Part shown: positions 1 to 10,640 of the stretch, in pieces | Position numbering within the stretch: the first letter of the stretch is position 1 | Layout: every line of letters begins with the position of its first letter | NCBI GenBank assembly: GCA_024640565.1 | Contig: JAHEET010000001.1 | Location: 308,882 to 372,881 of the forward strand | Reading direction: 5' to 3' | DNA: 64,000 nt | Source of the DNA: Flavobacteriaceae bacterium | Lineage (GTDB): Bacteria > Bacteroidota > Bacteroidia > Flavobacteriales > Flavobacteriaceae | The notes under the pieces: generated by a model | What the model was told of the DNA's origin: nothing | Database searches by the model: none | What the model saw: only the letters and a program-made list of their open reading frames with translations | Made by a program: the position numbers and the translations under genes

Positions 1-145
1 GACCTTGAATCCTGCTGGTAACTTTGAAACATTGTAGGGAGCAGCGAAGCCCTCTTTTCGAACATTTACTTTGCCTGTAGAAATTCTTTTAAAATTACAC
101 CGAAAATCACTTGTTCGCCTTTTTTTTTGTCCTTAATTTCGCAGG

Positions 146-451
146 ATGGAAAAACTTAAAAAACGTTGGGAAATTGAAAGCAACTGGTCGCTAATTGCAA
201 TTCTTGTAGTGTTTGCAATAAACGGTTCATTTGCGGCTTGGGTAGCCAAACCCATTACTGCTTTTTTAGGCTTATCTCCCGAGACAGTGAGTTCACTTAT
301 ATATTGGCCATTGCGAATTTTATTAATTTTTCCTATTTACCAACTCACCTTACCTTTGGTTGGATGGTTGTTTGGTCAATTTAAATTTTTTTGGGCTTTT
401 GAAAAAAAGTTTTTAAGTAGATTGGGACTCGGCTTCCTTTTTAAAGAATAA
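146..451 (+). CDS. Small conserved membrane protein (DUF6787-like)
   Basis: 101-aa ORF with two hydrophobic segments; N-terminus MEKLKKRWEIESNW is typical of a Flavobacteriaceae family (recall); TAATTTCG -7-like box at 134-141. Confidence 0.7.
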   Translation: MEKLKKRWEIESNWSLIAILVVFAINGSFAAWVAKPITAFLGLSPETVSSLIYWPLRILLIFPIYQLTLPLVGWLFGQFKFFWAFEKKFLSRLGLGFLFKE

Positions 452-577
452 ATCTTCCAGTTTTTTTCTGAATGATTGTCAATGCATTCGCTTTCAGAAA
501 AAAGTTGCTTTATTTTTATCATAAATAAGACTTCTTTTCATTGAAAAATTTTAAGTCTGGTTAAAGCTCTATTTTAA

Positions 578-1204
578 ATGAATTTTATTGATTTTAAAGC
601 ACAGATCCCTGATTTTAAAACCACGAAACTTGGAGGTTTGGATGCTCAATTTAAATTTGCTCCCCAGTTAAGGTTGCGTTATGATGAAGCGATGATCAAA
701 GCAAAGAACCCAAAAAAGGCCGCAGTTTTGGCATTATTTTTTCCAGACGACTCCAATAAAACACGTATTTTACTCACCAAAAGAGCGAGTTACAAAGGCA
801 CACATTCTGCACAAATTAGTTTTCCTGGCGGTAAAAAAACAGCCCATGATGAAAATTTAGCCCAAACTGCTAAAAGAGAGACTTTTGAAGAAGTGGGCAT
901 TCATTCGGATACCATACACATTGTAAGAGAACTAACCACCGTTTATATTCCACCCAGTAATTTTTTAGCAACCCCTTTCTTGGGCTATGTAGAACATCGT
1001 CCTCTTTTTAATATAAATTATGAAGTAGCCAATACGATTGAAGTACTGCTAGAAGATTTATTAAACGAAAAGAATATTGACTCAGTAGCGATGTCTACCT
1101 CTTATATGGACACGATGAAGGTACCCTGCTTTAAATTAGATAATTACATTGTATGGGGAGCTACAGCAATGATGTTATCGGAAATTAAAGCGCTGTTCAA
1201 TTAG
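578..1204 (+). CDS. Nudix hydrolase, CoA pyrophosphatase (NudL/YeaB-like)
   Basis: LLTKRASYKGTHSAQISFPGG motif followed by Nudix box ...AKRETFEEVGI; C-terminal VWGATAMML. Confidence 0.9.
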   Translation: MNFIDFKAQIPDFKTTKLGGLDAQFKFAPQLRLRYDEAMIKAKNPKKAAVLALFFPDDSNKTRILLTKRASYKGTHSAQISFPGGKKTAHDENLAQTAKRETFEEVGIHSDTIHIVRELTTVYIPPSNFLATPFLGYVEHRPLFNINYEVANTIEVLLEDLLNEKNIDSVAMSTSYMDTMKVPCFKLDNYIVWGATAMMLSEIKALFN

Positions 1205-1256
1205 AAAAATTCTAATTTCTTTTTGTAAATTGGCTGCGAATAAAAGAACTTTTATC

Positions 1257-2054
1257 ATGCCCCTATTTAAAAGGAATCCGTTTGGACATATACTTTTCAT
1301 AAAAAAATGGATTATTAGAATTGTTGGTGTATTTTTCCACAGTAGATTTAGTCGCTTTAACAATTTAAAAATAGAGGGATCTGAAATTATCAGAAATTTA
1401 CCCGAAAAAAACGTCCTGTTTATCTCAAATCATCAAACGTATTTTGCTGACGTAATCGCTATGTTTCATGTGTTTAATGCCGCTCTTAAAGGCAGAGACA
1501 ATACGCTTAAAAATGTTGGGTATTTATGGAATCCAAAACTAAATTTCTACTTTATCGCCGCAGGGGAAACCATGCGCTCAGGTATTGTTCCTAAAATATT
1601 TGGTTATGCGGGCTCTGTATCTGTAGAAAGAACTTGGAGAAGCAAAGGGGAAGACATTAATCGACAAGTAAGAATGTCTGATGTTTCTAAAATAGGAATG
1701 GCATTGGAGGATGGTTGGGTAGTTACCTTCCCTCAAGGAACAACTACAGCTTTCAAACCAATACGAAGAGGAACAGCACATCTTATAAAAAAATACAAAC
1801 CGGTTGTTGTCCCTGTGGTTATTGACGGATTTAGACGTTCTTTTGATAAAAAAGGACTCAAAATAAAAAAGCGAAGTGTCCTACAATCGATGGTGGTTAA
1901 GCCTCCTTTAACCATTGATTATGAACATGAAGAAGTGGCGGATATCATTACTAAAATTGAATATGCAATTGAACAACATCCTTCCTTTCTAAAAGTACTT
2001 TCGGTAAAAGAACTCGAAAAAGTAGCGGAGCAAGAAAAAGCCTCAGAAGAATAA
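1257..2054 (+). CDS. Lysophospholipid / 1-acyl-sn-glycerol-3-phosphate acyltransferase (PlsC family)
   Basis: NHQTYFAD (HX4D) and FPQGT motifs; ATG 1257 preferred over TTG 1230. Confidence 0.88.
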   Translation: MPLFKRNPFGHILFIKKWIIRIVGVFFHSRFSRFNNLKIEGSEIIRNLPEKNVLFISNHQTYFADVIAMFHVFNAALKGRDNTLKNVGYLWNPKLNFYFIAAGETMRSGIVPKIFGYAGSVSVERTWRSKGEDINRQVRMSDVSKIGMALEDGWVVTFPQGTTTAFKPIRRGTAHLIKKYKPVVVPVVIDGFRRSFDKKGLKIKKRSVLQSMVVKPPLTIDYEHEEVADIITKIEYAIEQHPSFLKVLSVKELEKVAEQEKASEE

Positions 2055-2075
2055 CAACAATTTTTAAATTTAAAC

Positions 2076-2103
2076 AGAGAAGCGGCAAGCTTCTCTTTTT
2101 TTT
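2076..2103 (+). terminator. Intrinsic terminator after the acyltransferase
   Basis: AGAGAAGC-GGCAA-GCTTCTCT followed by a T-run. Confidence 0.8.
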
Positions 2104-2241
2104 GAACTCTTCATTAAAACCTTTATTCCATTAGATTTTTATTTTATAGCAAAGGATAGCATCCACAGCAATAAAAAAATAATGGATCTACTATCATCAT
2201 TATTGATGGATTTATTATCTTTATCAAAAATTACTATAGTT

Positions 2242-3183
2242 ATGACAATTACACAATTAAGATATGTCTTGTCGGTTGCTGAATACAAAAATTTTACGGT
2301 TGCAGCTGCACATAGTTTTGTAACACAACCAACGCTAAGTATGCAAATTCAAAAGCTTGAAGACCAATTGGAGGTAAAAATATTTAACCGATCAAAAAAA
2401 CCAATTGAACTCACAGAAGTTGGAAAAAAAATTGTTGAACAAGCAAAAGTAGTTGTTGACGAAAGTAATCGGATTTTAGATATTGTACATCAACAAAAAG
2501 GATATATTGGCGGTGAATTTAAGTTGGGAATTATTCCCACGATTATGCCCACGCTTCTTCCCATGTTTCTCAACAATTTTACAAAAAAATACCCGAAAGT
2601 AAAATTGATCATTGAAGAGTTGACAACGGAAGATATCATACGAAAATTGTCTGACGGTCATATCGATGCGGCAATTGCGGCAACCCCTTTAGAAAACATT
2701 GCAATTAAAGAAGAACCTTTATATTATGAGCCATTTGTTGGATTGGTTCCTCAAAACCACCGGCTTTTCAATAAAAAACAAATTACTTCTGAAGCATTGG
2801 AAGTAGATGACATTTTACTTCTTGAGGACGGACATTGTTTCAAGGACAGTGTAATTAATCTTTGCAGCACACACAAACTTGAAAATAAAAAAAGATTCCG
2901 TTTAGAAAGCGGTAGTTTTGATACCCTAATCAAGTTATCTAAAGAAGGTTTGGGGATGACCTTACTCCCCTATTTGCATACGTTGGACCTCAATGATGAT
3001 GACAAGAGTCATCTTCGAGAATTTACCAATCCACCACCAGCCAGGGAAGTGAGTTTAATTTACCATAAATCACAACTAAAAATGCAAATGATTGCTGCCT
3101 TGAAAACAACAATTGATGGGGTCATAAGAGGTGCAATTTCCTTCTCAGACGTGAAAATAATTAGCCCTTTACAGAAGAAATAA
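2242..3183 (+). CDS. oxyR: Hydrogen peroxide-inducible LysR regulator OxyR
   Basis: LysR HTH (MTITQLRY...VTQPTLSMQIQKLE); redox Cys pair GHCFKDSVINLC; ATG 2242 is the likely start. Confidence 0.92.
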   Translation: MTITQLRYVLSVAEYKNFTVAAAHSFVTQPTLSMQIQKLEDQLEVKIFNRSKKPIELTEVGKKIVEQAKVVVDESNRILDIVHQQKGYIGGEFKLGIIPTIMPTLLPMFLNNFTKKYPKVKLIIEELTTEDIIRKLSDGHIDAAIAATPLENIAIKEEPLYYEPFVGLVPQNHRLFNKKQITSEALEVDDILLLEDGHCFKDSVINLCSTHKLENKKRFRLESGSFDTLIKLSKEGLGMTLLPYLHTLDLNDDDKSHLREFTNPPPAREVSLIYHKSQLKMQMIAALKTTIDGVIRGAISFSDVKIISPLQKK

Positions 3184-3203
3184 AGAAAAAAAATATTTCT
3201 TTT

Positions 3204-4907
<1,704 letters not shown>

Positions 4908-5054
4908 CTAAAAAATTAATTCCGAAACAAAAAGTACAAGCTCCTTTGTATCCTTTAATTTATAAAGTTACCTTTAAAATAGGCTTTTTAACAGCTAATT
5001 AACAATATATAGTGCTGCAGATGCGTAAATTTGCTTGACGAATACCCCTGAGTA

Positions 5055-6446
5055 ATGAAACCCTATATTGCCTTATTTTCAGCATGCATTTTTTTAACTG
5101 TTTTTGTTAGTTGTAACAAAGACGTAAAAAGCAACACTACTTATTTTGGAGGTAAAATAATGAATCCAAAAAGCAATCATGTCATTTTATATGCGATGGA
5201 CAAAGTAATTGATACTTTTCCAATCAATGCTGAAAATAAATTTGGTGGCATCTTAGATACGATTCAAGAGGGACTTTATTATTTTGTTCATGGAAACGAA
5301 AATCAATTTTTATACATCGAACCTAAAGACAGTATAATGCTAAGCTTAAATACTTGGGATTTTGATGAGTCGTTGGTTTTTTCAGGAATTGGTGCTGAAC
5401 GAAATAATGTTTTAATTGATTGTTTTTTACAATTTGAAAAAGATGAAAAAACTTTTTACAGATACAATTCATTAAAACCAATTCCATTTAAGGCAAAAGT
5501 AGACTCTATCATTTTACTTCGTGGAAAAACCCATGAGGCTTATGCGAAAAGACATCCAACAGAAACTCCAAAATTTAAGGAACTATTAAAAATAGCGCTT
5601 ACTTACCCGGTTTATGCTCGAATAGAAAGTTATCCCATCTCTCATGCAAAAAAATTAAAATTAACGCATTTTCCAACCCTACCTGTATCATTTTATGAAT
5701 ATCGAAAAGACGTTGATATAAATAGAGATGCTTTAATGTATTACAAACCCTACAGTAAATACATTACAAATTATTTATACAATGTAACTTATGCCAAGCG
5801 GCATGCTCCCATGCAAAATAATTTCTCTTCTAATTTTACGGTAGATCTTTTAAATACAATTGACGCAAAAGTAAGCTCCGAAACGTTTAAAAATGCATTT
5901 TTAAAACAAACAGTAATCAGTCATTTTTATAAAAAATCGACGTGTGAAATCAATCCGAAAGAATTTGATGTCTTTTTTGGTTTGAGTTCAAATGAAAAAG
6001 ACAAAAATTTAGTCCGGAGGCTATTGAAAGACAACCAAGCGATCCATAAGGATCATGAAATGGAAAACTTCTACATCCATGATTTTACCAATGCAAGCTA
6101 TCCCATTCAAGATGTTATTCAGGGTAAAAATACACTCTTGTTTTTTTGGAGTCCTAAATATGTATCAAAATCTTATGTGGGGGCACGCATCAATTATTTG
6201 TCAAACAAATATCCAAATATTCAATTTTTAACCTTTAAAATCGATGGAGACAGTTCTGATCAAATCAATGACTTGGATATAAAAAAACAATTCTTTATAC
6301 CCCCTACCAGCAGTGCAAATTCTTTTTTGACAAGTAAAATGACACGTTCTATGCTTGTCAATAAAAAAGGAATTTTGACCAACGGATTCGCCTCCATAAC
6401 TTCTAGAAACATCTACCGGCAATTGGACAGTTTGAATACTAATTAA
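5055..6446 (+). CDS. Lipoprotein with degenerate C-terminal thioredoxin-like (TlpA-like) domain
   Basis: Lipobox FVSC; C-terminal ...GKNTLLFFWS... resembles a TlpA fold lacking CxxC. Confidence 0.6.
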   Translation: MKPYIALFSACIFLTVFVSCNKDVKSNTTYFGGKIMNPKSNHVILYAMDKVIDTFPINAENKFGGILDTIQEGLYYFVHGNENQFLYIEPKDSIMLSLNTWDFDESLVFSGIGAERNNVLIDCFLQFEKDEKTFYRYNSLKPIPFKAKVDSIILLRGKTHEAYAKRHPTETPKFKELLKIALTYPVYARIESYPISHAKKLKLTHFPTLPVSFYEYRKDVDINRDALMYYKPYSKYITNYLYNVTYAKRHAPMQNNFSSNFTVDLLNTIDAKVSSETFKNAFLKQTVISHFYKKSTCEINPKEFDVFFGLSSNEKDKNLVRRLLKDNQAIHKDHEMENFYIHDFTNASYPIQDVIQGKNTLLFFWSPKYVSKSYVGARINYLSNKYPNIQFLTFKIDGDSSDQINDLDIKKQFFIPPTSSANSFLTSKMTRSMLVNKKGILTNGFASITSRNIYRQLDSLNTN

Positions 6447-6484
6447 TTTATAGCCTTTAACAAGCCTACCTTGATTATTTAACG

Positions 6485-6492
6485 TACCTTTG
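6485..6492 (+). promoter_or_regulatory. Bacteroidetes -7 promoter element upstream of deaD
   Basis: TACCTTTG matches TAnnTTTG; about 95 nt before the ATG. Confidence 0.5.
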
Positions 6493-6587
6493 CCCGATTT
6501 TAAATTTGGGAACAAACCCCTATAAAATCGAGTCGAAATATAAATACGGTTTGCAGGTGGGCGTCTGTGAATCAACAAAAACACAGT

Positions 6588-8411
6588 ATGTCAACATTTT
6601 TAGAGTTAGGTTTAAAAGCACCTATCAACAAAGCATTAACAGCTTTAGGCTATGAAAAGCCAACTGTTATTCAAGAAAAAGCAATCCCGCAAATCATTGC
6701 TTCTACAGACGATTTAAAAGCATTTGCACAAACAGGTACCGGTAAAACCGCTGCTTTTAGTTTACCAATACTAGAACTTTTAGATGAAAAGAACAGCAAT
6801 GTTCAAGCAATCATCCTTTCTCCAACTAGAGAACTTGCTGTACAAATTGGAAACAATATTAAAGATTTTTGCAAATACTTACCCGATGTTAAGGTAACTA
6901 CCGTTTATGGGGGTTCTAGCATGGAAGAACAAATTAGATCTTTAAAAAAAGGTTCGCAAATTGTCGTTGGTACGCCGGGTAGAACCGTCGATTTAATAAA
7001 AAGAAGAGCTTTAAAATTAGGTAACGTTCAATGGTTGGTCTTAGATGAAGCTGATGAAATGTTAAACATGGGGTTCAAAGAAGAGCTGGATAAAGTCTTA
7101 GAAGCAACTCCAGAAACAAAGCAAACCTTATTATTTTCTGCAACCTTTCCAAGAGAAGTGGAAGCAATTGCTAGAAACTACATGACCAAACCTGTAGAAA
7201 TTACCTCAGGTGAAAAAAATACAGGTTCAGAGAATGTAAGCCATGAATATTATTCTGTTACAGAAAGAACTCGCTACCCTGCTTTAAAAAGAATTGCAGA
7301 CTTAAATCCAGATATTTATGCAATTATCTTTTGTAGAACGCGAAGAGAAACCCAAGAAGTTGCAGACAATCTAATAAGAGATGGTTATAGTGCCGATTCT
7401 TTGCATGGAGATTTATCCCAAGGACAACGTGATTCTGTCATGGGGAAATTTAGAAAGAAAACCATTAAAATACTCGTAGCGACAGATGTTGCTGCTCGTG
7501 GATTGGATGTTACGGAATTGACACATGTATTGAACCACAAATTACCAGACCAGATTGAGAACTACACGCACAGAAGTGGTAGAACCGGTAGGGCTGGAAA
7601 CAAAGGAATTTCAATTGTTTTAGTCAATGGAAAAGAGAAAGGGAAATTACGTCAGATCGAACGAATCATTAAAAAGAAATTTATAGAAGGAAAAGTTCCT
7701 ACGGGTAAAGAAATCATTAAAAACCAGTTAATCAATTTAATTGACAAGGTTCAAAATACGGAAGTAAATGAATCTGAAATGGAAGCATTCTTACCGAGTA
7801 TTTTCGAAAAATTAGCAGATTTAGATCGTGAGGAATTGATTAAGAAATTTGTTTCTTTAGAATTCAATACCATGCTCAAGTATTATGAAAATTCGAAAGA
7901 TTTAAACAATTTATCTTCCAAAGACAATTCTAGAGCAAGAGCAAATGATGAGAACATGACGCGATTCTTTATCAACATTGGACGAAAAGACAACTTAAAC
8001 CCTGGAAAACTAATAGGCTTAATCAATGAGCAAAATATTGGCGACAAAGTAGAAATTGGTGCAATTGATATTTTAGATACTTTTTCTTTCTTTGAAATTG
8101 ATAAAAATTACGAAGACGCAACCTTAGCCGCATTTTTAGACAACCAACCCGACTTTGATGGTCGCTCGGTAAATGTAGAAATTACCAAAAAAGAACGTGG
8201 TGGCGGTCGAAGAAGTGGTGGAGACCGAAGGTCTTTTGGGAATAAAAGAGAAGGTGGTTTTGGCCGAAAAAGAAACTCAGATGGCGGTTCTTCAAGAAGA
8301 AGTAGTAATTCTGGTAGAGGATCAAACAGAACTTCGGACAGACCAGACAGAGCTAGCAGAAGTGCTAGCGATAGAGGTCCAGGCGGTTTCGGAAGAAGAC
8401 ATAGAAACTAA
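6588..8411 (+). CDS. deaD: DEAD-box RNA helicase DeaD/CsdA-like with DbpA RNA-binding domain and RG/S-rich tail
   Basis: AQTGTGKT, PTRELA, DEAD, SAT, HRSGRTGRAG motifs; RFFINIG DbpA domain. Confidence 0.9.
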   Translation: MSTFLELGLKAPINKALTALGYEKPTVIQEKAIPQIIASTDDLKAFAQTGTGKTAAFSLPILELLDEKNSNVQAIILSPTRELAVQIGNNIKDFCKYLPDVKVTTVYGGSSMEEQIRSLKKGSQIVVGTPGRTVDLIKRRALKLGNVQWLVLDEADEMLNMGFKEELDKVLEATPETKQTLLFSATFPREVEAIARNYMTKPVEITSGEKNTGSENVSHEYYSVTERTRYPALKRIADLNPDIYAIIFCRTRRETQEVADNLIRDGYSADSLHGDLSQGQRDSVMGKFRKKTIKILVATDVAARGLDVTELTHVLNHKLPDQIENYTHRSGRTGRAGNKGISIVLVNGKEKGKLRQIERIIKKKFIEGKVPTGKEIIKNQLINLIDKVQNTEVNESEMEAFLPSIFEKLADLDREELIKKFVSLEFNTMLKYYENSKDLNNLSSKDNSRARANDENMTRFFINIGRKDNLNPGKLIGLINEQNIGDKVEIGAIDILDTFSFFEIDKNYEDATLAAFLDNQPDFDGRSVNVEITKKERGGGRRSGGDRRSFGNKREGGFGRKRNSDGGSSRRSSNSGRGSNRTSDRPDRASRSASDRGPGGFGRRHRN

Positions 8412-8432
8412 TGCATATAAAATAAACTATCT

Positions 8433-8465
8433 AAAAACGCACTTGGTATCAAGTGCGTTTTTTTT
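8433..8465 (+). terminator. Intrinsic terminator after deaD
   Basis: AAAAACGCACTTG-GTAT-CAAGTGCGTTTTT plus T-run. Confidence 0.88.
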
Positions 8466-8533
8466 GTGTCTTTTAATTCAAAAAAATCTCTCAAAAAAAA
8501 GTACTTTCGTTTCGTTCAATAATAGCACTTTAA

Positions 8534-9418
8534 ATGCCTCAGCTTCTCAAAAACAATCAGCTAGTACTCCAGGTAGATTTGCCCTCTGAAAACTATTGCT
8601 TTTCAAGGTTTGACTGGACTGGAAAAATACCGACTCTAAAGTACAAAGGACTCTTTGTTACAGGAAGCGAAACTAACGAAGGAGACCCAACGCATGTGAT
8701 TGGCAAAGGGTTTTACAATGAATTTGGAATAGAATCTCCTTTGGGTTTTTCCGAAACTCCTATTGGAGGATGGTTTCACAAAATTGGTGTAGGGCTTTTA
8801 AAAAAAGAGGATTCACTTTACCAGCCAGGGAAAAAATACCAAATAAAACCAGCCACATTTAAGATATCTCAAGGCCTCAATCGGATTTTTATACGCTGTA
8901 CCTCGGAAGCTATCAATGGCTATTCCTATATATTGGAAAAGAATATTTTATTGCTTGAAAACGGTTTTAGAATTGATTATAAATTACAGAATACCGGGAC
9001 CAAAAAAATTGTAACGGATGAATATGTGCACAATTTCATGGCAATTGACAAAGATCCTATTGGTCGTAATTACAGCTTGGAATTTCCTTTTCAGTTGCAA
9101 CCCACACACTTTATAGAAACAGTGAACCCAGAACAGAAGGTGCAGTTTGGCGTTAGTAAAATAACTTTTACAGATACCATAGACAAAACCTTTTTTTTTA
9201 GCAACCTTTCCGGAGCTAACAGGGTACGCGCGCAATGGGAACTCAAAAACCGTAAAAGCAAGCTTACAATTCGTGAAACTGGCAATTTTAAAACCAACAA
9301 AGTAAACCTTTGGGGCACAAAGCATGTCATGAGTCCAGAACTCTTTTTCGGGATTGATTTGGCAGCAAACACTTCGGTTGCCTGGTCTCGAAAATTTGAG
9401 TTGTTGGAAACCAAATAG
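8534..9418 (+). CDS. Hypothetical protein, probable galactose-mutarotase/aldose-epimerase-like fold
   Basis: 294-aa ORF, beta-rich; YKLQNTG...YVHNF and terminal SPE motifs resemble epimerase-like proteins; no signal peptide. Confidence 0.5.
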   Translation: MPQLLKNNQLVLQVDLPSENYCFSRFDWTGKIPTLKYKGLFVTGSETNEGDPTHVIGKGFYNEFGIESPLGFSETPIGGWFHKIGVGLLKKEDSLYQPGKKYQIKPATFKISQGLNRIFIRCTSEAINGYSYILEKNILLLENGFRIDYKLQNTGTKKIVTDEYVHNFMAIDKDPIGRNYSLEFPFQLQPTHFIETVNPEQKVQFGVSKITFTDTIDKTFFFSNLSGANRVRAQWELKNRKSKLTIRETGNFKTNKVNLWGTKHVMSPELFFGIDLAANTSVAWSRKFELLETK

Positions 9419-9530
9419 TAAGCACCCCCCCTTCTTCCCTCCCGGATTATGCTTTAGTAGCACCTTTACAATCAACAACATACCTGTTAATAGTTGCCAA
9501 AATCAACGGGTTTTGGTGGTCCTAAAAAAA

Positions 9531-9580
9531 CCACTTATTCCCAAATAACCACCACTTATTCCAAAAATATACCCACTTAT
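9531..9580 (+). repeat. Three direct repeats CCACTTAT with 21-bp period (putative LytTR-type operator)
   Basis: CCACTTAT starts at 9531, 9552 and 9573. Confidence 0.75.
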
Positions 9581-9760
9581 TTATTTGCATACCAAAAAAA
9601 TATTTTTTTAACTTAAGTTTATAGGATCAATCTTTTGTACAACTGATAAAAAGTGGTGTTTTCATGAGCCCAAATTGGAATACGAAAGATTCTAGAATGG
9701 AAAAAAGCCAGATACAGTATTTTGAAAAGCATAGGCTAAAAACAACTATAAATAAAAACA

Positions 9761-10309
9761 GTGAATATCTATCAGAGTTGGTGTATTAAAAAAGCTAAAA
9801 TAAAAGCAAACAGACTTTTTAAGTTCTATCACACTAAAGATTATATTTTAGATATAGGATCGGGCAACTGTGCATTAAATTTATTGACTAAAAAAGCTGG
9901 ATTTGATATTCTAGGATTGGATATTGTTTATAAATCAGCCTTTCATGAAATTAAGCCAATAATATACAACGGTGGAAAACTCCCCTTTAAAGAGAATGAA
10001 TTTGACATCGTTCAATTAATTACGGTTTTACACCATATAAAAGCCTCAGAAGAAACTTTAAAAGAGGCGATAAGAGTAGGAAAAAAAATTCTTGTAATGG
10101 AAGATAATTATACCACTAGGCTTCAAAAGTATGTTACTTTCATAGCTGACAGTATCAACAATTGGGAATTTAAAGGGCATCCGCATACCAATAAAACTGA
10201 CGTAGGTTGGAAACAAGTTTTTAAGGAACATAAACTAAAAATTGAAGATGTAAATTACTATAAATTTTTGTTTTTTTTTAAACAAGTAACTTATCTATTA
10301 ACTAAATAA
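9761..10309 (+). CDS. Class I SAM-dependent methyltransferase
   Basis: ILDIGSG motif I, FDIV, VLHH; GTG start; very AT-rich. Confidence 0.85.
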   Translation: MNIYQSWCIKKAKIKANRLFKFYHTKDYILDIGSGNCALNLLTKKAGFDILGLDIVYKSAFHEIKPIIYNGGKLPFKENEFDIVQLITVLHHIKASEETLKEAIRVGKKILVMEDNYTTRLQKYVTFIADSINNWEFKGHPHTNKTDVGWKQVFKEHKLKIEDVNYYKFLFFFKQVTYLLTK

Positions 10310-10319
10310 TATAAAAATT

Positions 10320-10490
10320 ATGAAAAAAATTATTTACATCTATTTTACAATAGTCATTTCAATATCAATTTATTTAATATGGTTACTACCATTGGAAAAA
10401 AAATATTATAGTTTATTATTTGTATTAGTCTTTATATTGTCAATTTTACCAAAACTTATAATTGGGTTTAAAAAAAACCAAAAACTTTGA
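10320..10490 (+). CDS. 56-aa two-TM membrane protein (absent from ORF track)
   Basis: Hand translation MKKIIYIYFTIVISISIYLIWLLPLEKKYYSLLFVLVFILSILPKLIIGFKKNQKL; A-rich upstream; starts 10 nt after the methyltransferase stop. Confidence 0.6.
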   Translation: MKKIIYIYFTIVISISIYLIWLLPLEKKYYSLLFVLVFILSILPKLIIGFKKNQKL

Positions 10491-10505
10491 AAATAAAAAT
10501 TTAAA

Positions 10506-10640
10506 GACATTAACGGCTACACTTAATTGCTTAGATCTGTGCTACTATAGAAAAATCTCTGATTTTCCCAACTTGGTTTTGTACTTAAAAAGTTAAGTGC
10601 TTAATTGTTGCAACTATTCATAGACGAGACCGTTGTAGAT
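10506..10640 (+). repeat. ~135-bp imperfect palindromic repeat, attC-like
   Basis: AACGG(10512-16)/CCGTT(10630-34), CTA/TAG with ACGAGA bulge, TAATTGC/GCAACTA, inner AAAATC-TCT-GATTTT; resembles a repeat I recall downstream of accessory ORFs in Flavobacteriaceae. Confidence 0.6.

Noticed and set aside
1-110. GC-richer edge sequence resembling an ncRNA 3' part (CCTTGAATCC, GTAGGGAGCAGCG) or a CDS tail (...TLNPAGNFETL*)
   Set aside because: Truncated by the window; does not fit 6S, SRP, tmRNA, RNase P or TPP patterns well enough to call
458-506. ~15-bp imperfect inverted repeat
   Set aside because: Made mostly of T/A runs; at best a weak terminator
10396-10403. Possible frameshift at the A-run in the 56-aa membrane ORF
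   Set aside because: Recount gives A8, which keeps the frame open to TGA 10488-10490; the gene is intact
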